Assembly: GCA_002269645.1 (NCBI GenBank)
Contig: NIVC01001052.1
Span: 163,433 to 227,432 of the forward strand
DNA: 64,000 bases
Origin: Macrostomum lignano
Lineage: Eukaryota
Direction: 5' to 3'
Below the pieces are notes generated by a model. The model did no database searches, had not been told where the DNA came from, and was given only the letters and a program-made list of their open reading frames with translations. The position numbers and the translations under genes are program-made. Positions 37,301-48,659 of this stretch are shown piece after piece (within the stretch, counting starts at the first letter, position 1; each line of letters opens with the position of its first letter).

Positions 37301-38453
37301 AAAATGCGATTCTAATTCATAAAGTGACGCGGATGCACTTAAGACGCAACGTAAGTGACTCTGGGAACGCTTCTTGGCTGCTAGGTACCGCTTCATAAAA
37401 GCTCTGGGGCCGGCGGAAGAGGCGTGACTTTTCACTTGATCACCTCTTCACGCCCCCCCCCTCGCAGACGAATACGAGGAGTCGCTGCCCTGGGACGCTC
37501 CGCCCAGCCATCGAGGCGCGGGAATTCGCTACTCCTACAAGCTGGTGTTGGGCGTGAGCTCGTTGCTAGGCAAAACCCAGCTGCTCCGGCTGCCATTTCG
37601 TGTACTGTCTGTGCACGGAATCAAACGGATTGACCAAACCCTGAGCACTGGCGATGATGGAGCCGCCGCGTCTCAGGCTAATAAAGCCAATCCGTTTGTT
37701 GATTGGCATCCAGCCAATACTGATGAAGCATCTCAGGTGCGTTTAATTGTCACTTGATCTTTAATAGTTGTTGTTATTTAGCATTTATTAGTGCTATGGT
37801 GTCCAGATACAGTAGTCATAAAGTTAATTTAACTACCCGCACTACCCATCGCGCAGGAGGAGACCATTCTTGCCCAGATATCTGCCATCACAGGCTCCAA
37901 GTGCCTGAGCGGCTACAACATTTGCAACTCGCAGGGCGACCGTGTCACCCGGTTTAGCCTATTCAAAACCGCTTATAAGCTTGGCGAAAACGTACTGGGC
38001 GTATTCGACTTTGCCGACTGTACAGCCCAGTGCCTGGACGTGAAAGTGTCGCTACAGAGTGTGGAAACTGTGTACCAGACTGAGGACAGCGGAGAACGCA
38101 AACCGGTTGCCTATCATACCTGTACTCACGCTGTTGAACAGCTGGCCGCATTGGATCTGCAAGCTGCTCAGTTATTGTTGCATCTCAAGCCCAGTCTAAC
38201 CCCCAGTTTTGCTACTAGGCACGCTGATTTAGCCTGGAAGCTGGCATTCGAATTTGCCACCCTACGTCAGCCAATCAATGATCGGCCGGTCCCGCTGCAG
38301 CCGTTGGCAACTCTATGGCAACCGCCAGCCACTGTGGCCACCGAGCACTTTGAATGGGAATTGTCTATCACTGTGTACGCTTGCAGTCCTCAGGCTATCA
38401 CTGCCTCTAGCGTGTCTGCCTACGCCCCCAGCTGTTCCATTGTGCTGGCTTGA
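28322..38453 (+). CDS. RGP1: RGP1-like (RIC1-RGP1 RAB6 GEF subunit). Exons 28322-28425, 36424-36623, 37468-37736, 37857-38453; 389 aa
   Basis: MPVELRAELTQGSIFLAGEPL, LAWASVQL, STKPSILFCNLVLRPGESK, LPWDAPPSHRG..IRYSYKL, LLRLPFRVL, FKTAYKLGENVLG, TPSF..LAWKLAFEF, FEWELSITV match recalled RGP1 motifs. All introns are GT-AG with consistent phases (2,1,0), and the 1170 nt total is in frame. Confidence 0.92.
28565..29925. repeat. 28-29 bp minisatellite (CATGAGCCTTGACAATTCAGCAATTCCC)n in RGP1 intron 1
   Basis: Directly visible tandem array. The hAT element is inserted at its right edge. Confidence 0.96.
30152..31113. repeat. ~20-21 bp tandem array built on the subterminal motif AAGTCGCA (roughly 45 units)
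   Basis: GCTAAGTCGCACCGAGGGCGA and GCTAAGTCGCAGCAGGACCGA variants. The same AAGTCGCA/TGCGACTT motif recurs in both element ends. Confidence 0.93.
31464..33848 (-). CDS. hAT transposase (ZNF862/TTF-zinc-finger type), broken by one frameshift in a G5 run at 33059-33063
   Basis: CRICRKF..EHSSNTLH (zinc finger), SIVLDTTSD (D1), TTDGASVM (D2), HHCAAHKLEL (CxxH), LPISSAEAERGFS (E, dimerisation domain). Confidence 0.93.
33976..35607 (-). CDS. Signal peptide + lamin-tail-domain-like ORF inside the hAT element; probable first coding exon of a fusion with the transposase
   Basis: 543-codon open frame from ATG 35607. Hydrophobic MMYSLSCLCLLILSGILAINGILA, then IVINELNTDEP..EFIEL and INRC..LTPGRENDC. 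A 94-nt 5'UTR intron (35702-35609) ends one base before the ATG. GTAAGT donor at 33979. Confidence 0.75.
   Translation of the reverse strand: MMYSLSCLCLLILSGILAINGILAESECSIVINELNTDEPNIGSQEFSEFIELKKVCSTTAMLLGSVPVRLRDFLLIGVQEYSGDFRRPVVSFSADFYRSSGFKTDSSFFVIASKEKQEAADMFFTDTYIGYQGKTRHGLPSSAPSGSSQSSIIDFFKSASKTIPTEPNALKNGNGKSAMAIILLYQRDFSRSESDSSSSTTASSIGKLRLAKMHATQRRPVYEDKIIIDNSLAEIIRNNVHDMIIYARSTQNNRCTFFESIYRRLRDKPNYILKPAREWDELGHEDYSINRCPESSSELRKPLLFTRWKLGQLTPGRENDCSGAHWILEDNIEAIINTPSREAGTLADSALASASSATERIEMRLAPAPAPCSESSHRSELARSYEFSEQIAANRDHAVQTAAAETSNFCSAANVQERRELLENDQQTSKLQVEIIRQVNIQRQSTKRSLCQSPIVDLDLSDSRGSGDVEIVQVNTAEAGPSQRKIPCISTSADACLATSASKPSSSSMMGENIEVFPKKDWEDTSGFREEWLHSLEMHQSQ
36053..36339. 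mobile_element. MITE-equivalent module forming the right end of the large hAT element (decayed internal TIR CATACATGCACAAT at 36053)
   Basis: Colinear, in inverted orientation, with the whole of 25034-25330. Confidence 0.88.
36814..37100 (+). mobile_element. tRNA-derived CORE-like SINE copy 1 (RGP1 intron 2)
   Basis: A box TAGCCTAGTGG, B box GGTTCGATTC, CORE-like TGTGCCCTTGGGCAAGACACTTAAC..CTGTAAAT. The tail is partly deleted. Confidence 0.88.
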
Positions 38454-38527
38454 AACTGTCCATGTCTCACGGCTGCAGATTTTTTATCGGGGTATCCTTG
38501 ACATGACTCACTCTTCTAAAGTTGAGG

Positions 38528-39305
38528 TCACTCACTACTCTGGGGCAGAGATCCCTCACTATTCTGGGGTAGAGATCCCTCACTAATCTGGGGTGGAGAT
38601 CCCTCACTATTCTGGGGCAGAGATCCCTCACTAATCTGGGGTGGAGATCCCTCACTATTCTGGGGCAGAGATCCCTCACTATTCTGGGGTAGAGATCTCT
38701 CACTAATCTGGGGTGGAGATCCCTCACTAATCTGGGGTGGAGATCCCTCACTATTCTGGGGCAGAGATCCCTCACTATTCTGGGGTAGAGATCCCTCACT
38801 AATCTGGGGTGGAGATCCCTCACTATTCTGGGGCAGAGATCCCTCACTATTCTGGGGTAGAGATCTCTCACTAATCTGGGGTGGAGATCCCTCACTAATC
38901 TGGGGTGGAGATCCCTCACTATTCTGGGGCAGAGATCCCTCACTAATCTGGGGTGGAGATCCCTCACTATTCTGGGGCAGAGATCCCTCACTACTCTGGG
39001 GCAGAGATCCCTCACTATTCTGGGGTAGAGATCCCTCACTATTCTGGGGTAGAGATCCCTCACTACTCTGGGGTAGAGATCCCTCACTATTCTGGGGCAG
39101 AGATCCCTCACTATTCTGGGGTAGAGATCCCTCACTATTCTGGGGTAGAGATCCCTCACTACTCTGGGGTAGAGATCCCTCACTATTCTGGGGCAGAGAT
39201 CCCTCACTATTCTGGGGTAGAGATCCCTCACTACTCTGGGGTAGAGATCCCTCACTACTCTGGGGTAGGGATCCCTCACTACTCTGGGGTAGGGATCCCT
39301 CACTA
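38528..39305. repeat. 24-bp minisatellite (AGATCCCTCACTATTCTGGGGTAG)n immediately after the RGP1 stop codon
   Basis: Direct tandem units. The 8-aa-periodic ORFs are artefacts. Confidence 0.96.
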
Positions 39306-39894
39306 TTCTTCCAATATCCATATCCTAAAATAGTTTGTATGTATTTAGCTATGTGATAGATTTTAGCTGTCCAGATTTTAGTAGTCCAGATGCCATCCAC
39401 TTCTGCCTTAAAAGCATGCTATGTTTCTCTTATAATTTGCTTTTTTTCTAGTCTGATGTTTAATATTTGGGAAATTGTCGACTATTATTAATTTATTCAA
39501 TATTTAGGATGCTTAAACATTCTGTAGTGCACTGGATTATGTCAGCTAATGTCTGTTAAGCTACTCTTTATTGCCAAATTAATAATTAACTTAACTCAGT
39601 CGATCACCAGCATAGAGCTTTATTTAATTTCAATATACTCCTCTCAAATGTATATAGCTAATTTGAACGTTTTTTTGCTTACTTGTTGTTAAGCTTGGTG
39701 AATGGAAGCATGAAATATTGACTACTTGTAGTAGCCCAATAAGCCGTTGATTTACCTGTATTTGACCAAATTGAACAAATAAAGACTAATTCTGTGTTAC
39801 TGTTTTCCAGCAGAAGCTTTCGATTCTTATTTTTAAAGACCCATACACAGTTCGGGAATATGCATGTAACCTAGCCATGCAGTGGACTAGAATT

Positions 39895-40305
39895 AACCCG
39901 CAGTCATCAGACTGCATATGACCTATATAGACTGTCACACTGCATGACCCGCAGTCATCAGACTGCATATGACCCATATAGACTGTCACACTGCATGACC
40001 CGCCGTCATCAGACTGCATATGACCCATATAGACTGTCACACTGCATGACCCACAGTCATTAGACTGCATATGACCCATATAGACTGCCACACTGCATGA
40101 CCCGCCGTCATCAGACTGCATATGACCCATATAGACTGTCACACTGCATGACCCACAGTCATTAGACTGCATATGACCCATATAGACTGCCACACTGCAT
40201 GACCCGCCGTCATCAGACTGCATATGACCCATATAGACTGCCACACTGCATGACCCGCAGTCATCAGATTGCATATGACCCACATAGACTGCCACACTGC
40301 ATGAC
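39895..40305. repeat. 51-bp minisatellite, about 8 units
   Basis: CAGTCATCAGACTGCATATGACCCATATAGACTGTCACACTGCATGACCCG repeated. Confidence 0.95.
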
Positions 40306-40427
40306 CGACAGGGGATCTATATCTATTGTAATGTTAGTCTTCAGTTTGACAGATTTCAATCATAAAGTACTTTTGCCACTGTTAATTTATCGAAAATTTT
40401 AACTTCAGGCTTCTTCCTCTCTATCAG

Positions 40428-42038
40428 CTGAGAGTCTTGACCGCGAGGAGGACAGCAGCGACATTCCGGCGACTGTCCTGACGGTGGCCAATCGGCCTGA
40501 TGCTGCTGGTGCTGGCGGTGCCCAGCCAACAGGTTCAGTGAGGCTCCGCAGTCCAGCTGTGTCAGCCATGTACCAGAGGCACTCCAGCGCCGACCTGCTG
40601 CTGGGAGCATCGGCTCCTGGCGGCGCCAGCTGTCAGCAGCTGCCACTGTTCGGCGGCGCCACCCGTCGTCGGGATCATTCAACGTCGCCTTGCCGACCTC
40701 AGCACCAGCCGCTGCAGCAGCAGCAGCAGCAACAGCATCGCAGACTGAAATTCAACTCCGGCTGCAGTCAGCAGCAGCAACAGCAACAGTTGTTGCATCT
40801 AAAAGCCAAGCGCAGAATTCGCGGTGATCATCACCATCACCATCATAACAGGCGTGTAGCCATGCGCTGTGCGTCACCTTTGGCGGCGACGCAGAGCACT
40901 GCCGTGTAAGTCAATTTGCCTCGGAAGGGAATTTCTTAGTCAGGTGAAAGTCTCACGGGGAATTTCTCGGTCAGATAAGTCTCATGGGAATTTGTCGGCC
41001 AGGTAAAAGTCTCACGGAGAATTTCTCGGTCAGATAAATTTCACGGGGGAATTCGACGGTCAAATAAGTCCCACAGTGAATTCGTCGGTCAAATAAGTCT
41101 CACAGGGAATTTCTAGGCCAGATAAGTCTCATGGGGAATTTCTCGGCCAGGTAAAAGTCTCGCAGAAAATTTCCCGGTCAGCTAAGTCTCACGGGGGAAT
41201 TTGTCGGTCAGATAAGTCTCACGGGGAATTTTTCGGTCAAGTAAGTCTCACGGGGAATTTGTCGGTCAGATAAGTCTCACGGGGAATTTTTCGGTCAAGT
41301 AAGTCTCACGGGGAATTTGTTGGTCAGATAAGTTTCACGGGGAATTTTTCGGTCAAGTAAGTCTCACAGGGAATTTGTTGGTCAGATAAGTCTCATGGAG
41401 AATTTCTCGGTCAGATATGTCTCACAGGGAATTTCTCAGCCAATAAAAGTCTAGAAGGGGAATTTGCACGCGCACTCAGGTGCACGCGAGTGCCCAGAAG
41501 CTGCATCTGAGCTCATATTTCGCACCTGACAATATTCTGCATCAACAGCAGCAACGGCTCCGCCAGGCTGCCACCCCGCCGGCCGCCCAGCCAATCCGAT
41601 CCAGACGGCGCCGACTGCGAGGACAACCGCGACTGCGACGACGATGATGATGACGAAGAGGACGAAGAAGACTGCGATGAAGCAGACGAGGATGTCGACT
41701 GCGGCTTCGGCCTGGTGCGACATTCGTCGGAGCCGCCGCCGCCGCCGTCGTCAGACGATCGCGACGACGAGAACGCAGCAGCGGCAACAGTCAAGACTGG
41801 CGACTCTGCGGCAGCGGCGGTCGACGAGGCCGAGGCGATGGGCGAATGCGGCTGCTGCTGCCATCATCATCATCTGCGTCGGAGACGCCTGCGGCGGAGG
41901 CCGGGCGGCGGCGGCGGCGGATTCAGCGGCAGTGTGGAGCTGGTGTGGCGACTGCGGCAGATGGTGACAGACCGGGACAGGCGAATCAGATCGTTGGAAC
42001 GCCAGCTGAGCGAGCTGAGGGCACTCGCTGATGGGTGA
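40428..42038 (+). CDS. Unknown low-complexity protein with a C-terminal coiled coil; candidate exons 40428-40905 and 41549-42038; 5' end unresolved
   Basis: Pyrimidine-rich acceptor at 40427, GTAAGT donor at 40906, and a phase-compatible CAGCAG acceptor at 41548 with an upstream CTGAC. PolyQ, polyH and acidic tracts, then VELVWRLRQMVTDRDRRIRSLERQLSEL. Confidence 0.6.
40921..41450. repeat. 29-bp minisatellite (AGTCTCACGGGGAATTTCTCGGTCAGATA)n filling an intron
   Basis: Direct tandem units. The reverse complement resembles the 28565-29925 unit. Confidence 0.92.
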
Positions 42039-42049
42039 TTTTGATCACA

Positions 42050-42920
42050 TTCACAAACCCTAAGCTTCATCACAAACCATAAGCTTTATCGCAAACCATA
42101 AGCTTTATCACAAGCTCTAAGCTTTATCACAAGCTCTAAGCTTTATCACAAGCCCTAAGCTTCATCACAAACACAGCTTCACCACAAACCATAAGCTTCA
42201 TCGAAACCCTGAGCTTCATTATAAAAGCTAAGCTTCATGACACCAGCTTCATCTCAAAAATCCAAGCTTCATCACAAATCCTAGTCATCATCACCAATCC
42301 TAATCATCATCGCCAATCCTAAGCTTCATCACAAATCTAATCATCATCGCCAATCCTAATCATCATCGCCAATCCTAATCATCATCGCCAATCCTAATCA
42401 TCATCACCAATCCTAATCATCATCACCAATCCTAATCATCATCGCCAATCCTAATCATCATCACCAATCCTAATCATCATCACCAATCCTAATCATTATC
42501 ACCAATCCTAATCATTATCACCAATCCTAATCATTATCACCAATCCTAATCATCATCACCAATCCTAATCATCATCACCAATCCTAATCATCATCACCAA
42601 TCCTAATCATCATCGCCAATCCTAATCATCATCACCAATCCTAATCATCATCACCAATCCTAATCATCATCACCAATCCTAATCATCACAAATCCTAATC
42701 ATCATCGCCAATCCTAATCATCATCGCCAATCCTAATCATCATCACCAATCCTAATCATCATCACCAATCCTAATCATCATCGCCAATCCTAAGCATCAT
42801 CACCAATCCTAATCATCATCACAAATCCTAATCTTCATCACAAACCCCAAGTTGCATCACAAATCCTAAGCTTCATCACAAACCTTAAGCTTCATCACAA
42901 ACCCCAAGTTGCATCACAAA
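42050..42920. repeat. 19-bp minisatellite grading from TAAGCTTCATCACAAACCC to CACCAATCCTAATCATCAT
   Basis: Direct tandem units with degenerate edges and a homogeneous centre. Confidence 0.94.
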
Positions 42921-44441
42921 TTAAGTTTTGTATCTCGATTACACTTTTGGCGGTATTCGCCACATCAGTTATTACGAGCTATTTCAATTTGTTGGTTTGC
43001 TTAACATTCTCTGGCCATTATTAAGTTTATATTGTATTATTTCCGGTAAAACTATTTAACATGCTGATATTCTGTATTGGTTTTTATACTGCTTTATTTG
43101 CACAGAGCTGCTACTTTGTGAACATATTACTTACTAAGTAGTCTCAGTGCACTCACTTATAGTTTTAGATTTTTTGTTTTATTTTGAATTTATTTCGCAT
43201 TTATTACTTCAACTTAAAATCGTCTTAAATAACAGCTTTGTAACGTGTTAATTTGCTTCAATCTTTATGCACACTGCGATACACATTGAATTTATATAAG
43301 TTTATTAGTCATATTTTTCTATTCATTAGATGCTATATTTTATTAGTAACTGTTCCACTAATAGATCAGTGTATATTCATTGCAGACTATTTTATTCTTC
43401 ACTAAATCCAATAAAAGAGATTATGCAATATTCATGAATATATCACGCATATCTTGTAGCTTGAATAGCATAATAATATTCCTGTTCTGCAATTTGCTGG
43501 CTGCATAGCATATTGTTGTTGTCAAGCATAACGCTGGCAAGTTGTTTCACTTGCTTGCACTTCAATGTGCCGTGACAGTCAAGTTGTCATCAAAATGCTT
43601 GATATATTTTACATAATATATTAAAATTACACGATTTTATTTACCTAAGAGTACACACATTTTATACAATTATAAATAACTGATACTATTGGTTTTTCTT
43701 CTGTTATTCAACTTTAAATTGTGTATAATTTCTCGGAGAAAGAACCTTATAACACCTACAGAACTTACCTCTATTATCCTTGGCTATAAGCTGTAGCCTC
43801 GAACTGAGTGAGTCCGTGATTAGCCTCTAAAAGTAAATGTAAGTGTTGTAAATGCATATGTTCATGTGTATGTACATCAGCAATGTGTAAATGAGATGTA
43901 CTGAGGTGTACATGTATACATGTACATCTAATATCGATACGGCATACATGTAATGTGGTCTGTAACACACTTCGCAGTTTTGACGCCGCTTTCTTATCCT
44001 GTCGTTATTTTGAATAGGTAGGCTAGAATGGTTCTAAAGATGTAGTTATTTTAAGTTTATAGGTTGGAACTATTAGAAATAAAATAAATCAGACAGACCG
44101 CACAGCTCGTTGGAACAATTTAGATTTGTAGGACCATTTGTCTCCGTTAAGGTCCTGAAAGTAAGCAAATTGAAATCCTAAAGTTACGCTTACTTTAAAA
44201 TATTTTTATTTTCCTTTTTTTCTGAGACTAGTCTCGATTTTCAACCTAGGTATATACAAACTTTTTTATACTACATAAAATTTAGATTTTTAAATGTACA
44301 ATTTTCTTCGAAAAGCTTTCACGATTTCACGTCTTCACTCAAGAGTGCAAGACTCAAAAAGTGCATTGACGATACAAAGCCTTTTCATAAATTGTATAAG
44401 CTTTATTGCTAGTTAGTTTTCAGTTGTCCTGCTGCTAAAAC

Positions 44442-47400
44442 ATGTCTTCAAGCGTAAAGTAAGTGCCGATGAATCTTATCTTTTCTCTGGCCCTAATCTA
44501 TTGACTAATTTAGTAAAAATTATTTCGATGCAGGTGTCCCAGGCCAATCCCTATAGACTACAGTATCAGCTAGTTCTCAAAATCACTTTACTTTTTTTCT
44601 CTCGTCTTACAGTTGAAAACACATATTTCGTTATCCGATAATTATACTGCAATCCTAATGATTAGGTAGGTTGTTGTCACTTGTCATCACTTTGCCCTTT
44701 GGATAGAGATAGTCCTAGGCTAAACCTTGGGCTTAGCTCACTTAACTCTTGAGCCTCAAATCTGACTATAAAAGTTGGATTTTGGTCTATAACCAAAATG
44801 AACTTGGTTATAGTTCATAAAGCAGTTGAGCCTTTTGCCCTTTTAATTGAAATAGCAAATCTAAAGCCAAAACTTATCTTTTTTGTTACATGGTTTCTAT
44901 CAAAATTAAATTAATTTGCCCCCCTATTCTATGTATTTTGTTTGAGCTAATATAATGTTTATAAAATAAAATATATATCTTCTGCATGGGAAGTTACCAG
45001 ATGAAAAGCTTTTTAACAAAAAAAATATATTTATTTATTTATTTATTTATATTTATAAGAACATACCATTCTTCTTTATCACTCTTCTCCTCTTGTCTCT
45101 AGGTGTCTAGGCCACTCAATGACTTGGAAGACTTAAGAACTGAAAGGCCAATGTCAATTGGAGCTATTGATTTGATAAATAAGGAAGAATAGTAAAAATT
45201 AATGATAAATAAATGTTATTAGTTTCAAAGCTTTTATTCAAAGAGCTCTAAGTCCCTAGGCTTAGGCACTTGAACAACAAATAATTGTAATGTAATAAGC
45301 CTATAGTATAGATAGTTAAGTTAATATTAAAAATATTTTCAATGTGAATAGAGCTTTTAGGTCCCTAGGATTGGGAGACTTAAATAATAGAGATTTTTTA
45401 TGCTTGACATGATGGGCCTCCTATCTTCTCTGCTCTATCTTCAATTGCTTAAATGTTGCCCTATTCTATTTGGCAGTTGAGATAGTGTTGACCTATGGCT
45501 AAAAGCTATTCCTATGATTACCATTTGTGAGACAAGCTTAGAAACTTGCCATTGCAACTTCCTATGCAATACTTTGGGGTATTTGGTTCCCCAAGCATTT
45601 AAGCAATGCCAAGCTAGCAACCCAAACCTGTGTGCCACCTCTGGTTTATACTCATATATGCCTAACACCTAGCTATATCACTCTAACTAATATGTTTCTT
45701 ATAGTCTATAGGCTTTACCCCTCAGTCTATAGTTAGGCTCAAGCTCAACTTGGCTAGCTATTTTCCAACAGTAGGTGCCTTGCTGACCCTCTGTGCCAGT
45801 ACCTGTTTAATAATAATAATGCCATATATATTAAGATGCTGGGGCTATAATTTAACTAATTAAAGCCTATGTCAATTATCTACCATTTGCTACCATAAAA
45901 GAATTCTAGATTGTAAACAATTTAAGAGGCTTTTGTTATCCAATCTTCTTAGAAACCAACTTATAAGCAGGCTATCACTTTCACACAAGGTCAATAAAAA
46001 CAAGAGATTTTACTAGGCCTACTTAAGTAACTTAAAAATGATGAGAAGAGAGAAGAAAAAGAAAGGAAAGATAAAAGAAAGGAAAAGAGAGAAAAAAGAA
46101 AAGGAAAAGATGGGAGAGAGGAGAAAGGAGATAGAACAGTCAAGTTAATAGGCATTGAGCATCACAGATACATTTTGCACTGCCTGCAGAACACATTTTT
46201 TGTTGCATTCCTACAGCTATAACAGCTATAACAACCATCAGCAAGAGTTCACAATGCTCTATGACATTGTTGCCAAATATCACTAGCTGGTAATATAGTG
46301 CAACCATTGTAAGAATTTATAGGAAGTTATAGAAAATTAATTAGCTTTGGAAAGAGATATGGATATAATTTAGGGATATTAAAATTAATATATAGCTTCA
46401 GATATAAGAAACTTTTGGTTATGACAGAACTCTAATAAAAGTATATCATTTATAACCATGTAAAAAGCACTAACTTTTCAGACCTTTAGCAAGAAATAAA
46501 TAAGATATTTGCTTAGAAGTAATATTTGAAAACAAGGAAACTAAACATGCATATAAAATCTCTAATATTATACTAGTTATGCAACTTTGTTTTGCAGCTT
46601 AACTTAAAAACAAAATAAAAATGGTCAAATTTATTAAAAATCAATTTAAAAAGTATTAATTGAGTTCTGAAGTTTACCCTTGGGCTACTCAAATTTATGC
46701 CAGCTAAATTGGATATGTCAGCTTGTTAAACATCTATTACATACAAAAAAGATACCCAATTTAAAAAAAATAAAGTTTTGCTTGATGATGGGTTTATTTA
46801 GTATTCCTCAGTTAGATCTTTTGTTTATATTAAGTGTAATATTTTCAGGTGTTTATCTATTTTAATTTTCCTAAGTAAGCTTTAGCAAATATCACTTGAT
46901 AATTTTCCATATAGTAGGTTCATGGGTTGGTTATGGCTATGGTCTGTAGAAATTCGTCAATATTCGTACACTCCAAGTGCTTCAATTTTCTCTATTTCTC
47001 CCTGTTATTTGCTAGGAAGCTGGCCGGCAAAACGCTCTTCATCACAGGAGCCAGCCGTGGAATCGGGCTCGCGATCGCCCTGCGCGCAGCCCGCGACGGT
47101 GCCAACATAGTTGTGGCCGCCAAGACTGCCACCGCTCATCCCAAACTGCCTGGCACAATTTACACTGCCGCTGAGGAGATTGAAAAAGCTGGTGGCAAGG
47201 CGCTGCCATGCATTGTTGACATCAGGCAAGCTGCTTACCTGCGCTTAACCGATCCCTTGCCACCAACTTTTCACCTTTATTTTTAGCCAACATTCCTAAC
47301 TTAAGTCTCTAATCACTCAAATATCCTCAATTTAGTCCTTAATCCCACCCCAGATCCTCAAGTGTTTCTGATCTTCTCCCCAGATCCCCAAGTGTTTCTG

Positions 47401-48468
47401 ATCTTCTCCCCAGATCCCCAAGTGTTTCTGATCTTCTCCCCAGATCCCCAAGTGTTTCTGATCTTCTCCCCAGATCCCCAAGTGTTTCTGATCTTCTCCC
47501 CAGATCCCCAAGTGTTTCTGATCTTCTCCCCAGATCCCCAAGTGTTTCTGATCTTCTCCCCAGATACCCAAGTGTTTCTGATCTTCTCCCCAGATCCCCA
47601 AGTGTTTCTGATCTCCTCAGGGCCCCAATGTATTCCATACCTGTAATTCTTCCCCATATCCCGAAGATAGTCCCTAATCCCTACTCCAAGTATAGTCCCT
47701 AAAATCCCTACTCCAAATATAGTCCCTAATCCCTACTCCAAATGTAATCCCTAATCCCACCCAAATCCTCAATAAAATCACTAATCCCACCCCAGATCCC
47801 AATGAAGTCCCAAATTCCACCCTAATCTCCAATATAGTTTCTTAATCCCACCCCAGATTCCAATATACATGTAGTCCCTAATCCCACCCAGATCCCCAAT
47901 ATAGTCCCTAATCCCTCCTCCCAATAAAGTCCATAATCCCTCCCCAGATCCCCAAGTGTGTCTAATCCCAATAGCCTCCCACTCCAGAATGGAGGACCAG
48001 GTGCAGAAGGCGGTGAACGAGGCCGTAGCTCAGTTCGGCGGCATTGACATCCTGGTGAACAACGCATCCGCAATCAACCTGGTGAACACGGAGACCCTGA
48101 CTATGAAGTCCTTCGATCTGATGCACGGCATTAACTCTCGCGGCACCTTCCTGTGCTCCAAGCTGTGCATTCCCTACCTGTCCAAGTCTGCTAATCCGCA
48201 TATACTCAATATTAGCCCGCCACTGTCCATGCGGCAGCGCTGGTTCAAGGACCACGTTGGCTACACCATGGCCAAGTACGGCATGAGCATGTGCGTCCTG
48301 GGCATGTCTCCCGAGCTTGCCAAGTACGGCATCGCTGTCAATGCCCTGTGGCCAAGGACCGCCATTCTCACTGCCGCGATGAAGATGCTGGCTGGAGGCG
48401 ATGAGGTAACTTTGCTGTGTTACTACAACAATAACAACTACTACTACTAATACTACTACTACTACTAT

Positions 48469-48553
<85 letters not shown>

Positions 48554-48593
48554 TACTACTACTACTACTACTATACTACTACTACTACTACTA

Positions 48594-48659
<66 letters not shown>

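Noticed and set aside
38467-40295. 284-290 aa periodic ORFs
   Set aside because: Products of 24- and 51-bp minisatellites, open on both strands.
43769-43826. 58-nt minus-strand exon candidate (TTTTAG..GTAAGT; RLITDSLSSRLQLIAKDNR)
   Set aside because: Good splice signals, but I found no phase-compatible partner exons or homology.
46927-47015. ORF-track N-terminus for HSDL2 (MVMAMVCRNSS..)
   Set aside because: It reads through a polypyrimidine tract and acceptor; the 17-nt exon at 44442 fits better.
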